Part shown: positions 1 to 8,037 of the stretch, in pieces
How the letters are laid out: every line of letters begins with the position of its first letter
Position numbering within the stretch: the stretch's first letter is position 1
Origin: a virus
Lineage: Duplodnaviria > Heunggongvirae > Uroviricota > Caudoviricetes
DNA length: 64,000 nt
Strand: one strand, 5' to 3'
Virus record (IMG/VR): IMGVR_UViG_3300031911_000001
Span: 101,881 to 165,880 of that record
Translations under genes and position numbers: made by a program
The notes under the pieces: model-generated
Databases searched by the model: none
What the model was told of the DNA's origin: nothing
The model's input: the letters and a program-made list of their open reading frames with translations, nothing else

Positions 1-653
1 AAAAGGACGCCTCGCTTGTTCGTATTGACGACCGTCAGCAGGGCATTCTCTGGGAGCAGCATCGGCAGGACACGTACTTCCCACACGTCATCGAAATTCT
101 CTTTGATGCTCTCGGCATTGTAGGCAGACTGCGTGCCCATGATGAAGTCTTTGGCCCCGATCAATCGCCCGTAGTGAGCAATGAAATCTCTCGAGAACGG
201 GGTGAGCCGGTGATCCATCAGTCCAATCGAGAACTCGACGTGGGTGTAGCACACGACCTTGACGAATCGTTGAATCCCGGTCAGGTGTACAGGACTGATG
301 CCCTCGATGCTGTTGATGATGATCGTGTCGTAGATGTTCTCGCTCAGGGCTTGGAACAGGGCGTCACGGAGGTTGATCTCTTTCTCAAGGTTGGCCGAGT
401 CCGAGAAGCTGAACATGCTCACGTGCTTGCTGTACGGCAGGGGGTTCTTGGGGTAGTAGACCGTACCGCTCAGATCGAGAGCCTTGAGGAACTCCATGTC
501 GGCAGGTTCCTTGTCGCATATCAGGTCTACGATGGCACCCTCTGGCTTCAGTACTTGTTCATAGAGTCCCTTGATGAATTGACCTGCACCGCCAAAGGCG
601 ATGAAGTGTGATGCCGTCGAGATGATCCCGACACGGCGGTTAGAAAGTTTCAT
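1..653 (-). CDS. Glycosyltransferase, GT-B/GT4-like, N-terminal part (runs off window edge)
   Basis: Manually translated ORF missing from the track: MKLSNRRVGIISTASHFIAFGGAGQFIKGLYEQVLK...DTIIINSIEG...VVCYTH...RVLPMLLPE...RGVLF. The beta-strand + GG start and the x-T-H / VLP / VLF pattern are typical of GT4 N-terminal Rossmann domains. Start overlaps the HAD gene stop. Confidence 0.7.
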   Translation of the reverse strand, partial: MKLSNRRVGIISTASHFIAFGGAGQFIKGLYEQVLKPEGAIVDLICDKEPADMEFLKALDLSGTVYYPKNPLPYSKHVSMFSFSDSANLEKEINLRDALFQALSENIYDTIIINSIEGISPVHLTGIQRFVKVVCYTHVEFSIGLMDHRLTPFSRDFIAHYGRLIGAKDFIMGTQSAYNAESIKENFDDVWEVRVLPMLLPENALLTVVNTNKRGVL

Positions 654-1044
654 GGCGGACGTTTTCCTTCTCGACGAGGTCGTGTTGCAGAAGTACCACA
701 CTGATGTCTGGGTTCTGCTCTTGGATGATTTTGGCCTGAATCGGATCATCCTCGAAGTGAATGTCGATCTTGGTCAACTGTTGACGCTTGTTGAACATCT
801 TGATCGTGATGGCCTTGTGGTGACCACTACTCTCCCGGGTCTTCAGGTCGAAGATGATCGGGTTGAAGTAGACCTGATTGAAGATGCCTCGCTCACCGAG
901 CATCGCCTTGGTCTCCTTCTCTTCTTCGAAGGACCGACCGGTGATGATCACATCACGTTGACCGGGGTAGACACCTCGACGGCCAGGACCCATGAAGATC
1001 ACGCCATCAATATCGTACGAGTTTATTGTGTGGGGCCAGGGCAT
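640..1044 (-). CDS. Small HAD-superfamily phosphatase
   Basis: HAD motif I YDIDGV, motif II ITGR, conserved K, motif IV FEDD; AGGA RBS. Confidence 0.75.
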   Translation of the reverse strand: MPWPHTINSYDIDGVIFMGPGRRGVYPGQRDVIITGRSFEEEKETKAMLGERGIFNQVYFNPIIFDLKTRESSGHHKAITIKMFNKRQQLTKIDIHFEDDPIQAKIIQEQNPDISVVLLQHDLVEKENVRHETF

Positions 1045-1208
1045 TTTGAATATCCTACGATCTTGCTGATCATGTCGATCTTTTCAGGAGTGTCGGCCTT
1101 GTCGATGAAGTATTTTGAGGCCGCCTCGTCAATCTCATCCTGTAGTTTAGGACTGATCTCTTCACCGGGGCCATGACAACCCGGGGTCTTGATGTTTGCT
1201 TTGGGCAT
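1023..1208 (-). CDS. Hypothetical protein (61 aa)
   Basis: Fills the gap between ino1 and the HAD gene; no motif recognised. Confidence 0.35.
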   Translation of the reverse strand: MPKANIKTPGCHGPGEEISPKLQDEIDEAASKYFIDKADTPEKIDMISKIVGYSKCPGPTQ

Positions 1209-1272
1209 GCACTTCTACCGGTTGGTTCTCATTCGGAGGAACCGACATTTCTGCCGGTTCCGTTACCGGTTC

Positions 1273-2580
1273 TTAGTCTCGAGGCAGCTCGGTGACCGAA
1301 GTGCCACGTTGCTTCGCAGCAGTGTCGAAGATGGACTGGATGACCCGGTCAGCCATCACCGGAGACATATCACCAATGTCGATGAACTGGATCTTGCGAT
1401 CGTCCTTCACTTCACGGTTGCCGGTCGTTTCACGGCGGGTCGTGGTGTATGCATCAGGAATCATGCGCAAGGCCAGCAGCTCACATTCATGCTTGGCTTC
1501 GGCATACGGCATCTGGTAGGGAGGAGTCTTCTGCGTCCATGCCGATGGGCCGAACAGGGGTCCGAAGATGCCCAGTTCATTGGCGACCTTCAGGTGACGA
1601 ATCGCATCGATCACGACGCCTGCCGAGTTCTCCGAGTCCTGCACCGAGAGCTTCACGTCAATGTCGATCTGGGCACCACCGAAGCTCTCGAGCTTCATCG
1701 TGATATAGGCGACCTTGTTGTCCTTGAGATAAGGAATGAAGCTGGAAGGGCCGGCGAAGATGGAGTCGTCATCCACAGGGATGTCACGAATCACGTTCTG
1801 AGCCTTGATCACGTTTTCCTTGCTGATCTTCTTGCTCTTGACGCGGGTGGCGTCCATCATGTTCGCGAAGTCGGTGTTGCCGCCGACGTTCAGCTGTTGG
1901 TGGAACTTGACTACCGCACCACGGTCGAACGCCAGTTCCTGCAGCACTTGGCTCAGGACCGATGCACCGACTTGGCTGCGCATGTCGTCACCGATGATCG
2001 TCACTTGCTCATCGAGGAAACGTTGAGCCCAGACCGGGTCCGAGGCAATGAACACCGGGATGCAGTTCACGACATTGACCTTGGCGGCCAGTGCGCATTC
2101 CATGTAGAACTCGGTGGCCTCTTGGGAGCCGACCGGCAGGTAGTTCAGGATCACGTCGACCTTCTGACCAATCAGCACATCGACCACATCGTTCATGGTG
2201 TCCGGCTTGTGATCTTTGTCTTCCTCGAACTTGATCGTGTGATGGAAGTCGTTCATGTGCGGGGCGATGCCGTCGATGGTAGGGCCACGACGAACGATGA
2301 CGTTGTCGCAGACCCCGGGCATGATCTCTGGCTCGAACACGTTGACGACGTTCGGCTTGGTGTAGATCGCGTTCTTGAGGTAGCTTCCAACCTTGCCTTG
2401 GGTCACGTCCCACGCTGCGACGAACTCGATATCAGTCGGGGCATAGCCACCGATGCTGTCGAACATCACTCCGGGGATTTTGCCGCCTTGTTGACGACGG
2501 GTGTAATAGCTGACACCCTGAATGAGGGCCGACGCGCAGTTACCGACACCGACGACGGCTACTCGAATTTTCTTTGTCAT
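1273..2580 (-). CDS. ino1: myo-inositol-1-phosphate synthase (NAD-dependent, bacterial type)
   Basis: IRVAVVGVGNCASALIQG, NYLPVGSQEA, VNCIPVFIAS, GDDMRSQVGA, QLNVGGNTDF, KSKKISK, KLSVQDSENSAGVVIDAIR. ATG 2580 preferred over GTG 2595. Confidence 0.95.
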   Translation of the reverse strand: MTKKIRVAVVGVGNCASALIQGVSYYTRRQQGGKIPGVMFDSIGGYAPTDIEFVAAWDVTQGKVGSYLKNAIYTKPNVVNVFEPEIMPGVCDNVIVRRGPTIDGIAPHMNDFHHTIKFEEDKDHKPDTMNDVVDVLIGQKVDVILNYLPVGSQEATEFYMECALAAKVNVVNCIPVFIASDPVWAQRFLDEQVTIIGDDMRSQVGASVLSQVLQELAFDRGAVVKFHQQLNVGGNTDFANMMDATRVKSKKISKENVIKAQNVIRDIPVDDDSIFAGPSSFIPYLKDNKVAYITMKLESFGGAQIDIDVKLSVQDSENSAGVVIDAIRHLKVANELGIFGPLFGPSAWTQKTPPYQMPYAEAKHECELLALRMIPDAYTTTRRETTGNREVKDDRKIQFIDIGDMSPVMADRVIQSIFDTAAKQRGTSVTELPRD

Positions 2581-2645
2581 GTGATTAGCTTTCACTATTT
2601 CAGTTTTTCGTCATTGGCTCTTCCCACGAGATTGCAGGTTAGAGA

Positions 2646-2692
2646 GTAGGACGCCACCGGTTTCCCGGTGGACTGAGGCAATTGCTGCCTAC
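2646..2692 (-). promoter_or_regulatory. Structured 5' leader of ino1 operon
   Basis: CCACCGG-GAAA-CCGGTGG hairpin enclosed by GTAGG/CCTAC; TATAAT at 2700-2705. Confidence 0.4.
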
Positions 2693-2719
2693 ATGACTAA
2701 TTATATGACTCGGAATCTA

Positions 2720-3457
2720 TCAACGGCAGTGAGGAGCAACTTCACCGATCTTGTTGACGATGCGATCCACCAGACGCTTACTGTAGGTCACGCCCGGGTG
2801 GACAGTGTCAGGTACGTCATCTGCACCATTGAACTCGACAGTGTCAAGGTCAGCAAAGGGAACCTTGAGTTCCGCAGCGATTTCCTTGACCTTGGCGTTC
2901 CACATCACCCGGTTCATGAGAGACGTGTAGCTAACACCAAATCCCGGCACCTGATGAGAGAAGCCGGTGATGATCGGGGTACGACCTTCGGCTCGCAGCA
3001 CAGTGATCAAGTCACGGTAGTTCTGTTCGATTGGAAGCCCGTACCAAGAGTCGATCACGCCATGTTCGATGACGACGTACTTTTCGGTGCGTTGCTCATT
3101 GTAGGCAACCCCCATGAAATCCTTGAGGCTGCGGCCGGGGACCGACATGTCACGGAACTTCATCTTCGGCAGAGCACGGTTCATCAGGACCACCGGTGAG
3201 TGGTCAGGGTCTGTGGCGTAGGTGGTTGCATTGATCTGTTGCCCACGCATGATTGAATCACCGTAGACCACGATCGTGCATTCCTTCTCATTGACTGGTG
3301 GCTTGGGGGCAGGCTCCTGAGGTGCTGGTTGCACAGGAGGGGCAGCTACAACCGGTGGAAGCATGATGGGGAAACCACCGCTACTTCCACCTCCACCCCC
3401 GCCGCCTCCACAGGCAGTCAATACACTAAGCGCCAATACTGTCAAAACTGTCTTCAT
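2720..3457 (-). CDS. SGNH/GDSL hydrolase lipoprotein
   Basis: Lipobox LTAC then Gly/Pro linker; block I YGDSI, block III HGVIDS, block V DTVHPG. Confidence 0.85.
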   Translation of the reverse strand: MKTVLTVLALSVLTACGGGGGGGGSSGGFPIMLPPVVAAPPVQPAPQEPAPKPPVNEKECTIVVYGDSIMRGQQINATTYATDPDHSPVVLMNRALPKMKFRDMSVPGRSLKDFMGVAYNEQRTEKYVVIEHGVIDSWYGLPIEQNYRDLITVLRAEGRTPIITGFSHQVPGFGVSYTSLMNRVMWNAKVKEIAAELKVPFADLDTVEFNGADDVPDTVHPGVTYSKRLVDRIVNKIGEVAPHCR

Positions 3458-3485
3458 AACGAACTCCCTGATTAATTGATGCCCG

Positions 3486-3515
3486 ATATTAACACTTCAT
3501 TTTCAAAGAAGTCAA
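3486..3515 (-). promoter_or_regulatory. sigma70-like promoter
   Basis: TTGACT-18-TAATAT with TG extended -10, upstream of the SGNH gene. Confidence 0.6.
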
Positions 3516-3523
3516 CAATTATT

Positions 3524-4867
3524 TTAAGTCAATGAGCTCAGAACCAGATTGTCGATCTTGTCAGTGCCGTCTGTGGCATCTTTACGACCCAGCTGCATGG
3601 AAATCTTGTTCATCGGACGTGGGGTATCTGCTGCTTCGCTGATTGCCACTTGATCGCCGACGAAAAGATATTGCTTGCCATCCTTGAATGCCACACGGAT
3701 ATTCACTGGAACATCGGCCGCCGGCTGAGGGATAATGATGATCGATTGTGCGAAGGTGGTGTTCGGGTATGCAGCGAGGTTGAAACTCCAACGGCCATTT
3801 TGCCATGGGTTCCAGCTCAGCTTCGCCAGTTGGATTTGATCCGAACCGTCGATAACGGAGAACATGTTCACCTCGAGGGAATCGTGTTCTCCGCCCGGGG
3901 CAGTATTGTTGGCCCAATCGAATGACAATTCCCAATCCATCAATTCGGCTGGTGGTGTTACTTGACCCACATCACCGAATAGCCATTGGCCGATTTCGAC
4001 AGGAGCGCCATTGCTCGTGTCTTCGTTGACGTACTTGCCGCCAGCGGTCACAGCAGTCGGGAACAATGAAGCCCATTCATCGAACACGCTTACCATCGGA
4101 GTAGTAGGTACGCGGCTTGCCATCTGACCGTCACCGGTGAAGTCGTCGGCAAACTCTGGTGTAGCAGTCCACGTCACTTCTGCAAAGACATTGACCGTAG
4201 CGACCGTCTCAGGAGTACCACCATCCAGAGCCAAGGTCACAGTCTTGGCACCAGCCGTAGTAAAGATGTGCGTCGGGTTCTGCAGCGTCGAAGTGGAGCC
4301 GTCACCGAAGTCCCACAGCCAAGCCGTCGGAGCTTCATTCACCAAAGAGATGTCATAGAATTGAATCACTGTCTCATTGGCGAATGCAACTGCCGAGCTA
4401 ATCTCAGCGGATGGACCGAATGGGCTTGGACCCAGATCTTCAGCGGTAGCAACGTTCAGGGCGTAAGTGCCGGTGCGTCCGGTTCCTACTTCCGTGACGG
4501 AGATGGTGTAGCTGCCATCGTCCGGGTATTCGTGGATCAATTCCAAATAGTTGCTAGTCAGTGTGACGATGTTGCCGTCGCCCCAATCAATGGTCGAGCC
4601 TTCTTGAACAAACTCGGGATCACCGACGATGTAGCAATCGATCAGGAGCGTGTCCGTATAGCGACCGACCGAGAATGTGAAGTCGCCTCCACCCGATCCT
4701 TCGTTGTATTCACGCATCCATGCGGGATTGTTTGGGCGGTAGCCTTCTGTGCCTGCTGCAATAGCAAGGTCTTTTCTCGATACGAGCTGCTCGCCTGTTA
4801 CCTCATGTGCCCATCCGAGCGGGGTAGCAATGGCAGCAGGTCGCCAGTTAGGTGCGGTCAATGGCAT
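3524..4867 (-). CDS. PKD/Ig-like domain protein, probable virion decoration protein
   Basis: PKD signatures IDWGDG...HEYPDDGSYTISVT and WLWDFGDGSTSTLQNPTHIFTTAG; C-terminal lectin-like beta domain; late promoter variant upstream. Confidence 0.75.
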   Translation of the reverse strand: MPLTAPNWRPAAIATPLGWAHEVTGEQLVSRKDLAIAAGTEGYRPNNPAWMREYNEGSGGGDFTFSVGRYTDTLLIDCYIVGDPEFVQEGSTIDWGDGNIVTLTSNYLELIHEYPDDGSYTISVTEVGTGRTGTYALNVATAEDLGPSPFGPSAEISSAVAFANETVIQFYDISLVNEAPTAWLWDFGDGSTSTLQNPTHIFTTAGAKTVTLALDGGTPETVATVNVFAEVTWTATPEFADDFTGDGQMASRVPTTPMVSVFDEWASLFPTAVTAGGKYVNEDTSNGAPVEIGQWLFGDVGQVTPPAELMDWELSFDWANNTAPGGEHDSLEVNMFSVIDGSDQIQLAKLSWNPWQNGRWSFNLAAYPNTTFAQSIIIIPQPAADVPVNIRVAFKDGKQYLFVGDQVAISEAADTPRPMNKISMQLGRKDATDGTDKIDNLVLSSLT

Positions 4868-4891
4868 TCTTTTAACTCCGTGTGTTCCTAA

Positions 4892-4897
4892 TACTTA
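4892..4897 (-). promoter_or_regulatory. Late promoter variant TAAGTA
   Basis: CCTAAGTA about 25 nt upstream of the ATG. Confidence 0.5.
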
Positions 4898-4900
4898 GGT

Positions 4901-5299
4901 TCACATGAAGTCTAGAAGGCTCGGTGGAGGTGTCTGATCGTCAGGATTTACAATGAAGATGTCAACATTGAGGCCTGCCTTGCGGGCACGCTTGATCATG
5001 TCCCGGGTTCCATTGGATTTGCCATCCCAGATAGCTACCAATGCATCGGCATAGTCGGCCATGTCTTGATTGCGTTTGAAGCCTGCTTCAGGGTCGAACC
5101 CTCCATTGGGATTCCAATTGGCAGGCATCTCTTTGCAGGGAATGCCGTGGAACTTGGCCCACTCATATCCGAGGAAGTCGATGCCACGAGCCATTCCACT
5201 GACGACCTCAGTCACCTCTAGATGGGGGCATTTACTCATGATTGAGCCGACCAGCTCAGGGTCGGTCAAAGTGCGGGAGCCAGCAATGATTACTTTCAT
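4901..5299 (-). CDS. SLOG-superfamily (YspA/DUF2493-like) protein
   Basis: MKVIIAGSR, VVSGMARGID, AGFKRNQDM, WDGKSNGTRDMI. Confidence 0.8.
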   Translation of the reverse strand: MKVIIAGSRTLTDPELVGSIMSKCPHLEVTEVVSGMARGIDFLGYEWAKFHGIPCKEMPANWNPNGGFDPEAGFKRNQDMADYADALVAIWDGKSNGTRDMIKRARKAGLNVDIFIVNPDDQTPPPSLLDFM

Positions 5300-5305
5300 T
5301 GCTAT

Positions 5306-5327
5306 AGTCTAAACCAGAGGCCATCAA
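5306..5327 (-). promoter_or_regulatory. Short-spacer promoter (TTGATG-10-TAGACT)
   Basis: Matches the recurring motif; ATG lies 6 nt downstream of the -10. Confidence 0.5.
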
Positions 5328-5338
5328 GGCCTCATGGA

Positions 5339-5779
5339 TTAGGCAGGTACTGCTACGCCGTTTGAAGTTGCTGTGACGATACCAGTCGTGTTCGTGGCAG
5401 TCACCACGCAACGGATCGTCTTGCCTGCATCATCAGCGACCAGCACATAGGTCAGTGCTGTTTGGCCTGCAATGGCAACACCATCACGGGTCCATTGACG
5501 GGTGTAGGTAGGGGCCGGAGTACCGGTCCATGTACCGTTGGTCGTGGTCAGGGTTTGACCCACTGTGGCGGTGCCGGTAACAGCAGGGGCCACCGTGTTC
5601 TTCGGACGATTGACCTGATAGGCAGTCATCCAAGCCTTGTCGTTCGGGACGTAGCCAGCAGAACCGGGTTGGTCTGTCAGGTCACGACGAACGGAAAGCT
5701 GTTCACCGCTCTTCGGGTGAGCCCAGCCGAGAGGGGTGGCGATAGCATCCTTGCGCCAGTTTGGTGCTGATGTTGACAT
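5339..5779 (-). CDS. Ig-like domain protein, probable head decoration protein
   Basis: C-terminal Ig-like domain (PAVTGTATVGQTLT...YTRQWTRDG...YVLVADDAGKTIRCVVTATN); N-terminus shared with 3524-4867. Confidence 0.75.
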   Translation of the reverse strand: MSTSAPNWRKDAIATPLGWAHPKSGEQLSVRRDLTDQPGSAGYVPNDKAWMTAYQVNRPKNTVAPAVTGTATVGQTLTTTNGTWTGTPAPTYTRQWTRDGVAIAGQTALTYVLVADDAGKTIRCVVTATNTTGIVTATSNGVAVPA

Positions 5780-5801
5780 GTTTGAGTCTCCTTAATCCCT
5801 A

Positions 5802-5807
5802 TATTTA
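5802..5807 (-). promoter_or_regulatory. Late promoter TAAATA
   Basis: CCTAAATA upstream of the Ig-like gene. Confidence 0.7.
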
Positions 5808-5810
5808 GGA

Positions 5811-6050
5811 TTACTCATAAACATCAACAATGTTCGGGAAGGGTGGTGCCTGTTCGTCGTTCGTCATCGATGGCAGGTCAGGGCAAGTTCTGACACAGTA
5901 TTGACGTTCCCCGGCCATGATCTGGAACAGGTTTTGCGGGTAGCAAACGAGGTGGGTGGACCCACGGGTGCCACATCGGTCACAGACAAGCGCATTTGTG
6001 CGTAAGAACGCGGCATTGGCACGGTTCTGGTTGCGCTGCTTCTTGCTCAT
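5811..6050 (-). CDS. Hypothetical protein, Cys-containing
   Basis: Tightly packed ORF; CDRC motif. Confidence 0.5.
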   Translation of the reverse strand: MSKKQRNQNRANAAFLRTNALVCDRCGTRGSTHLVCYPQNLFQIMAGERQYCVRTCPDLPSMTNDEQAPPFPNIVDVYE

Positions 6051-6307
6051 ACCGCCGAGAACGAGTAGCTGCCGTACGTCAGGTTCAGGTCATGCAGAGC
6101 ACGGGCCTTCAGGACGTTGTCGGGGATGCGAGGGATCGACGCAGGCGATTGACCATTGTAGTCGAGGGCCGTGCGGGGAATCCAGAACTGGCCGATTGGC
6201 TGCTTGTGGAGGTAGGTCTCGAATTTGACCAGCACGTTCGCAGCATCACCATAGACGTCAGCCGAGATGTGGATGAACGGGTGGTGGTTCGGGGAAGATT
6301 TTGCCAT
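6047..6307 (-). CDS. Hypothetical protein
   Basis: 4-nt overlap with neighbour; RBS present. Confidence 0.55.
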   Translation of the reverse strand: MAKSSPNHHPFIHISADVYGDAANVLVKFETYLHKQPIGQFWIPRTALDYNGQSPASIPRIPDNVLKARALHDLNLTYGSYSFSAV

Positions 6308-6318
6308 TGCTTTTCCTT

Positions 6319-6615
6319 TCAGTCGGTTTTCTTGTGGACGTCGAGGTATGCCTTTGCTACGAGCAGCATCCCCTCAGCCTCTTCAACACTACGGGGCAAT
6401 TGTACATAGCCCGGAGGTATCACTGTTTCTTTCGGCTCCAGCTTCTTGTTGAGGTCGATGTTGTACAGATCGCGCAACATGAAGGCAAAATCTTTTTCCT
6501 CGAACGAGAAGTGATGGCGAATCTGCATAGGCATCGACATCAGGTTCTGAGTCTCTACTCGGCCCTTGTACTTGCGTACGAGCCGGATGAGAGCGTTCTC
6601 TTGTTCGTTAGCCAT
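6319..6615 (-). CDS. Hypothetical protein
   Basis: GAGG RBS, operon packing. Confidence 0.6.
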   Translation of the reverse strand: MANEQENALIRLVRKYKGRVETQNLMSMPMQIRHHFSFEEKDFAFMLRDLYNIDLNKKLEPKETVIPPGYVQLPRSVEEAEGMLLVAKAYLDVHKKTD

Positions 6616-6805
6616 GTCTTGTCCTCAGGTCGAGTTTACGGCCCAGCACGGTCGGGACATTCCGTTCGTACTGGAAGGTTGATCCCTTGGCCGCGCAGTA
6701 TTTCGAGCCCATGCGTTCGGCCATGGCCTTGGCACGCTCTTTGATCTCTGCGTCGGTCAGTTGCGGCTTGGTCGGTGCAGGTGCCTTCTTGAAAATGTTG
6801 AACAT
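6608..6805 (-). CDS. Hypothetical protein
   Basis: GGAGG RBS, operon packing. Confidence 0.6.
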   Translation of the reverse strand: MFNIFKKAPAPTKPQLTDAEIKERAKAMAERMGSKYCAAKGSTFQYERNVPTVLGRKLDLRTRHG

Positions 6806-6818
6806 GATGTATCCTCCC

Positions 6819-7121
6819 TCAGTTGAAAATGCTTTTGATCAAGCGGAGCGCACGGCCCGGTAGGTGGTGGTAATCGAAGTAGTCCATGATGTGGGCAGGG
6901 ATTGCCACCTCATGTTCCTTCAGATCGAGCAGCAGACCTCGCATGTGCAGCCATGTCAGGTTGCCATAGAAGTCTGGGCTGGTCCGAGGCCATCCATTCG
7001 GCTGGATGACACCATCGATGACCGAGAATCGTTTGATCTCGATGCTGTAACGAAAGAAGCCGGCCCGAGTGACGATCACGTCGCTGTCGTCGGTCAATTT
7101 GCAGATGGTGAAAATGCTCAT
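6819..7121 (-). CDS. Hypothetical protein
   Basis: ATGA overlap with the upstream ORF. Confidence 0.55.
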   Translation of the reverse strand: MSIFTICKLTDDSDVIVTRAGFFRYSIEIKRFSVIDGVIQPNGWPRTSPDFYGNLTWLHMRGLLLDLKEHEVAIPAHIMDYFDYHHLPGRALRLIKSIFN

Positions 7122-7315
7122 GGTGCAATCAACTCGATGAGGGTTGCGGTGTATTCGATCTCGTCTTCGATGAGAGAGACCATGTTCTTTTGTTGGGCGA
7201 TCTCCCAGTCAGTGGTTGCCCACGAGTGTGTGGCACGGACCGCCTTGAGACGGCGGCGCAAGAGCTGGTTGCGCCTGACCATCACTTCGACAAGAGCTTT
7301 TGCATTTACTGTCAT
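7118..7315 (-). CDS. Hypothetical protein
   Basis: GGAG RBS directly after a strong sigma70 promoter. Confidence 0.6.
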   Translation of the reverse strand: MTVNAKALVEVMVRRNQLLRRRLKAVRATHSWATTDWEIAQQKNMVSLIEDEIEYTATLIELIAP

Positions 7316-7346
7316 TTCACTTCTCCAAGTGGTTCAAAGTGGTCAC

Positions 7347-7375
7347 AGTATATGTGACCCAGCATGCGGTGTCAA
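7347..7375 (-). promoter_or_regulatory. sigma70 early promoter
   Basis: TTGACA-17-TATACT. Confidence 0.85.
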
Positions 7376-7387
7376 CAACTGATTGAA

Positions 7388-7576
7388 TCAGTCGGTGTAC
7401 GAGCCACGATGAGCAGGAGCAATGACCTCTTCACCCTTCTTAAGGTCGATCTTCGTCTGGTGGCGTGCCGCCCGTTCTTCGGCCTTCATGTTGGTCTTTG
7501 CGGCACCACATGACTTGCCGAAGCGGCACATCTTGCAACCGCAAGACTTTACTGTTTCTTTGGGCGGGTTGCTCAT
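7388..7576 (-). CDS. Small hypothetical protein with CxCxxC
   Basis: CGCKMC motif; 4-nt overlap. Confidence 0.55.
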   Translation of the reverse strand: MSNPPKETVKSCGCKMCRFGKSCGAAKTNMKAEERAARHQTKIDLKKGEEVIAPAHRGSYTD

Positions 7577-8037
7577 GCCTTGCTGCCGTCCGTGAATGAC
7601 AACAGGGCATTGGTGTGAATCTCGGCGTGTTCTTTGATGAGATGCACAAGGCCGCGCTCAAGCACCCGCTTATCCCAAGAAGTGTTCTGCCATGTCGTCG
7701 TTCCGATGTCCCCATACGTGATGTTCGGGATGTAATACAGGGTGCGCATCGCCGGCTCCTTGGTCTCTGGCGCAGGCACATCAAACTCACCGATGCGGAT
7801 CGTCTTCAGCTTGCGACGGTAGATGTAGCCATTGATCCAAGAAGGGTGATTTCCGATATCTTGCCATTCTTTGGTATGCGCGTGCTTGAATTGCCAGCGC
7901 TTCCACGGCTCAACCGTCTCTGCCGCATCCTGCGCATAGAGTGCCATTTCCTTGGCAAAAGGATGTGGTTGATCCTGAGCCGGTTGATCCCTCATGACGA
8001 GGCTATCAAGTCTGAACATTCCTTGGGTGGTTGCCAT
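7573..8037 (-). CDS. Conserved phage hypothetical protein
   Basis: YAQDAAETVEPWKRWQ...YRRKLKTIRIGEFDVPAP resembles a widespread uncharacterised phage family. Confidence 0.65.
   Translation of the reverse strand: MATTQGMFRLDSLVMRDQPAQDQPHPFAKEMALYAQDAAETVEPWKRWQFKHAHTKEWQDIGNHPSWINGYIYRRKLKTIRIGEFDVPAPETKEPAMRTLYYIPNITYGDIGTTTWQNTSWDKRVLERGLVHLIKEHAEIHTNALLSFTDGSKA

Noticed and set aside
174-1176. Plus-strand ORFs 174-611 and 601-1176
   Set aside because: Shadows of the minus-strand glycosyltransferase and HAD genes.
1189-2649. 486-aa plus-strand ORF
   Set aside because: Antisense shadow of ino1. Long shadow ORFs arise from the strong codon bias and have no motifs or RBS.
2700-2723. TTGATA-12-TATAAT as a member of the short-spacer promoter class
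   Set aside because: Spacer is outside the 9-11 range and the TTGA comes from the upstream stop codon.
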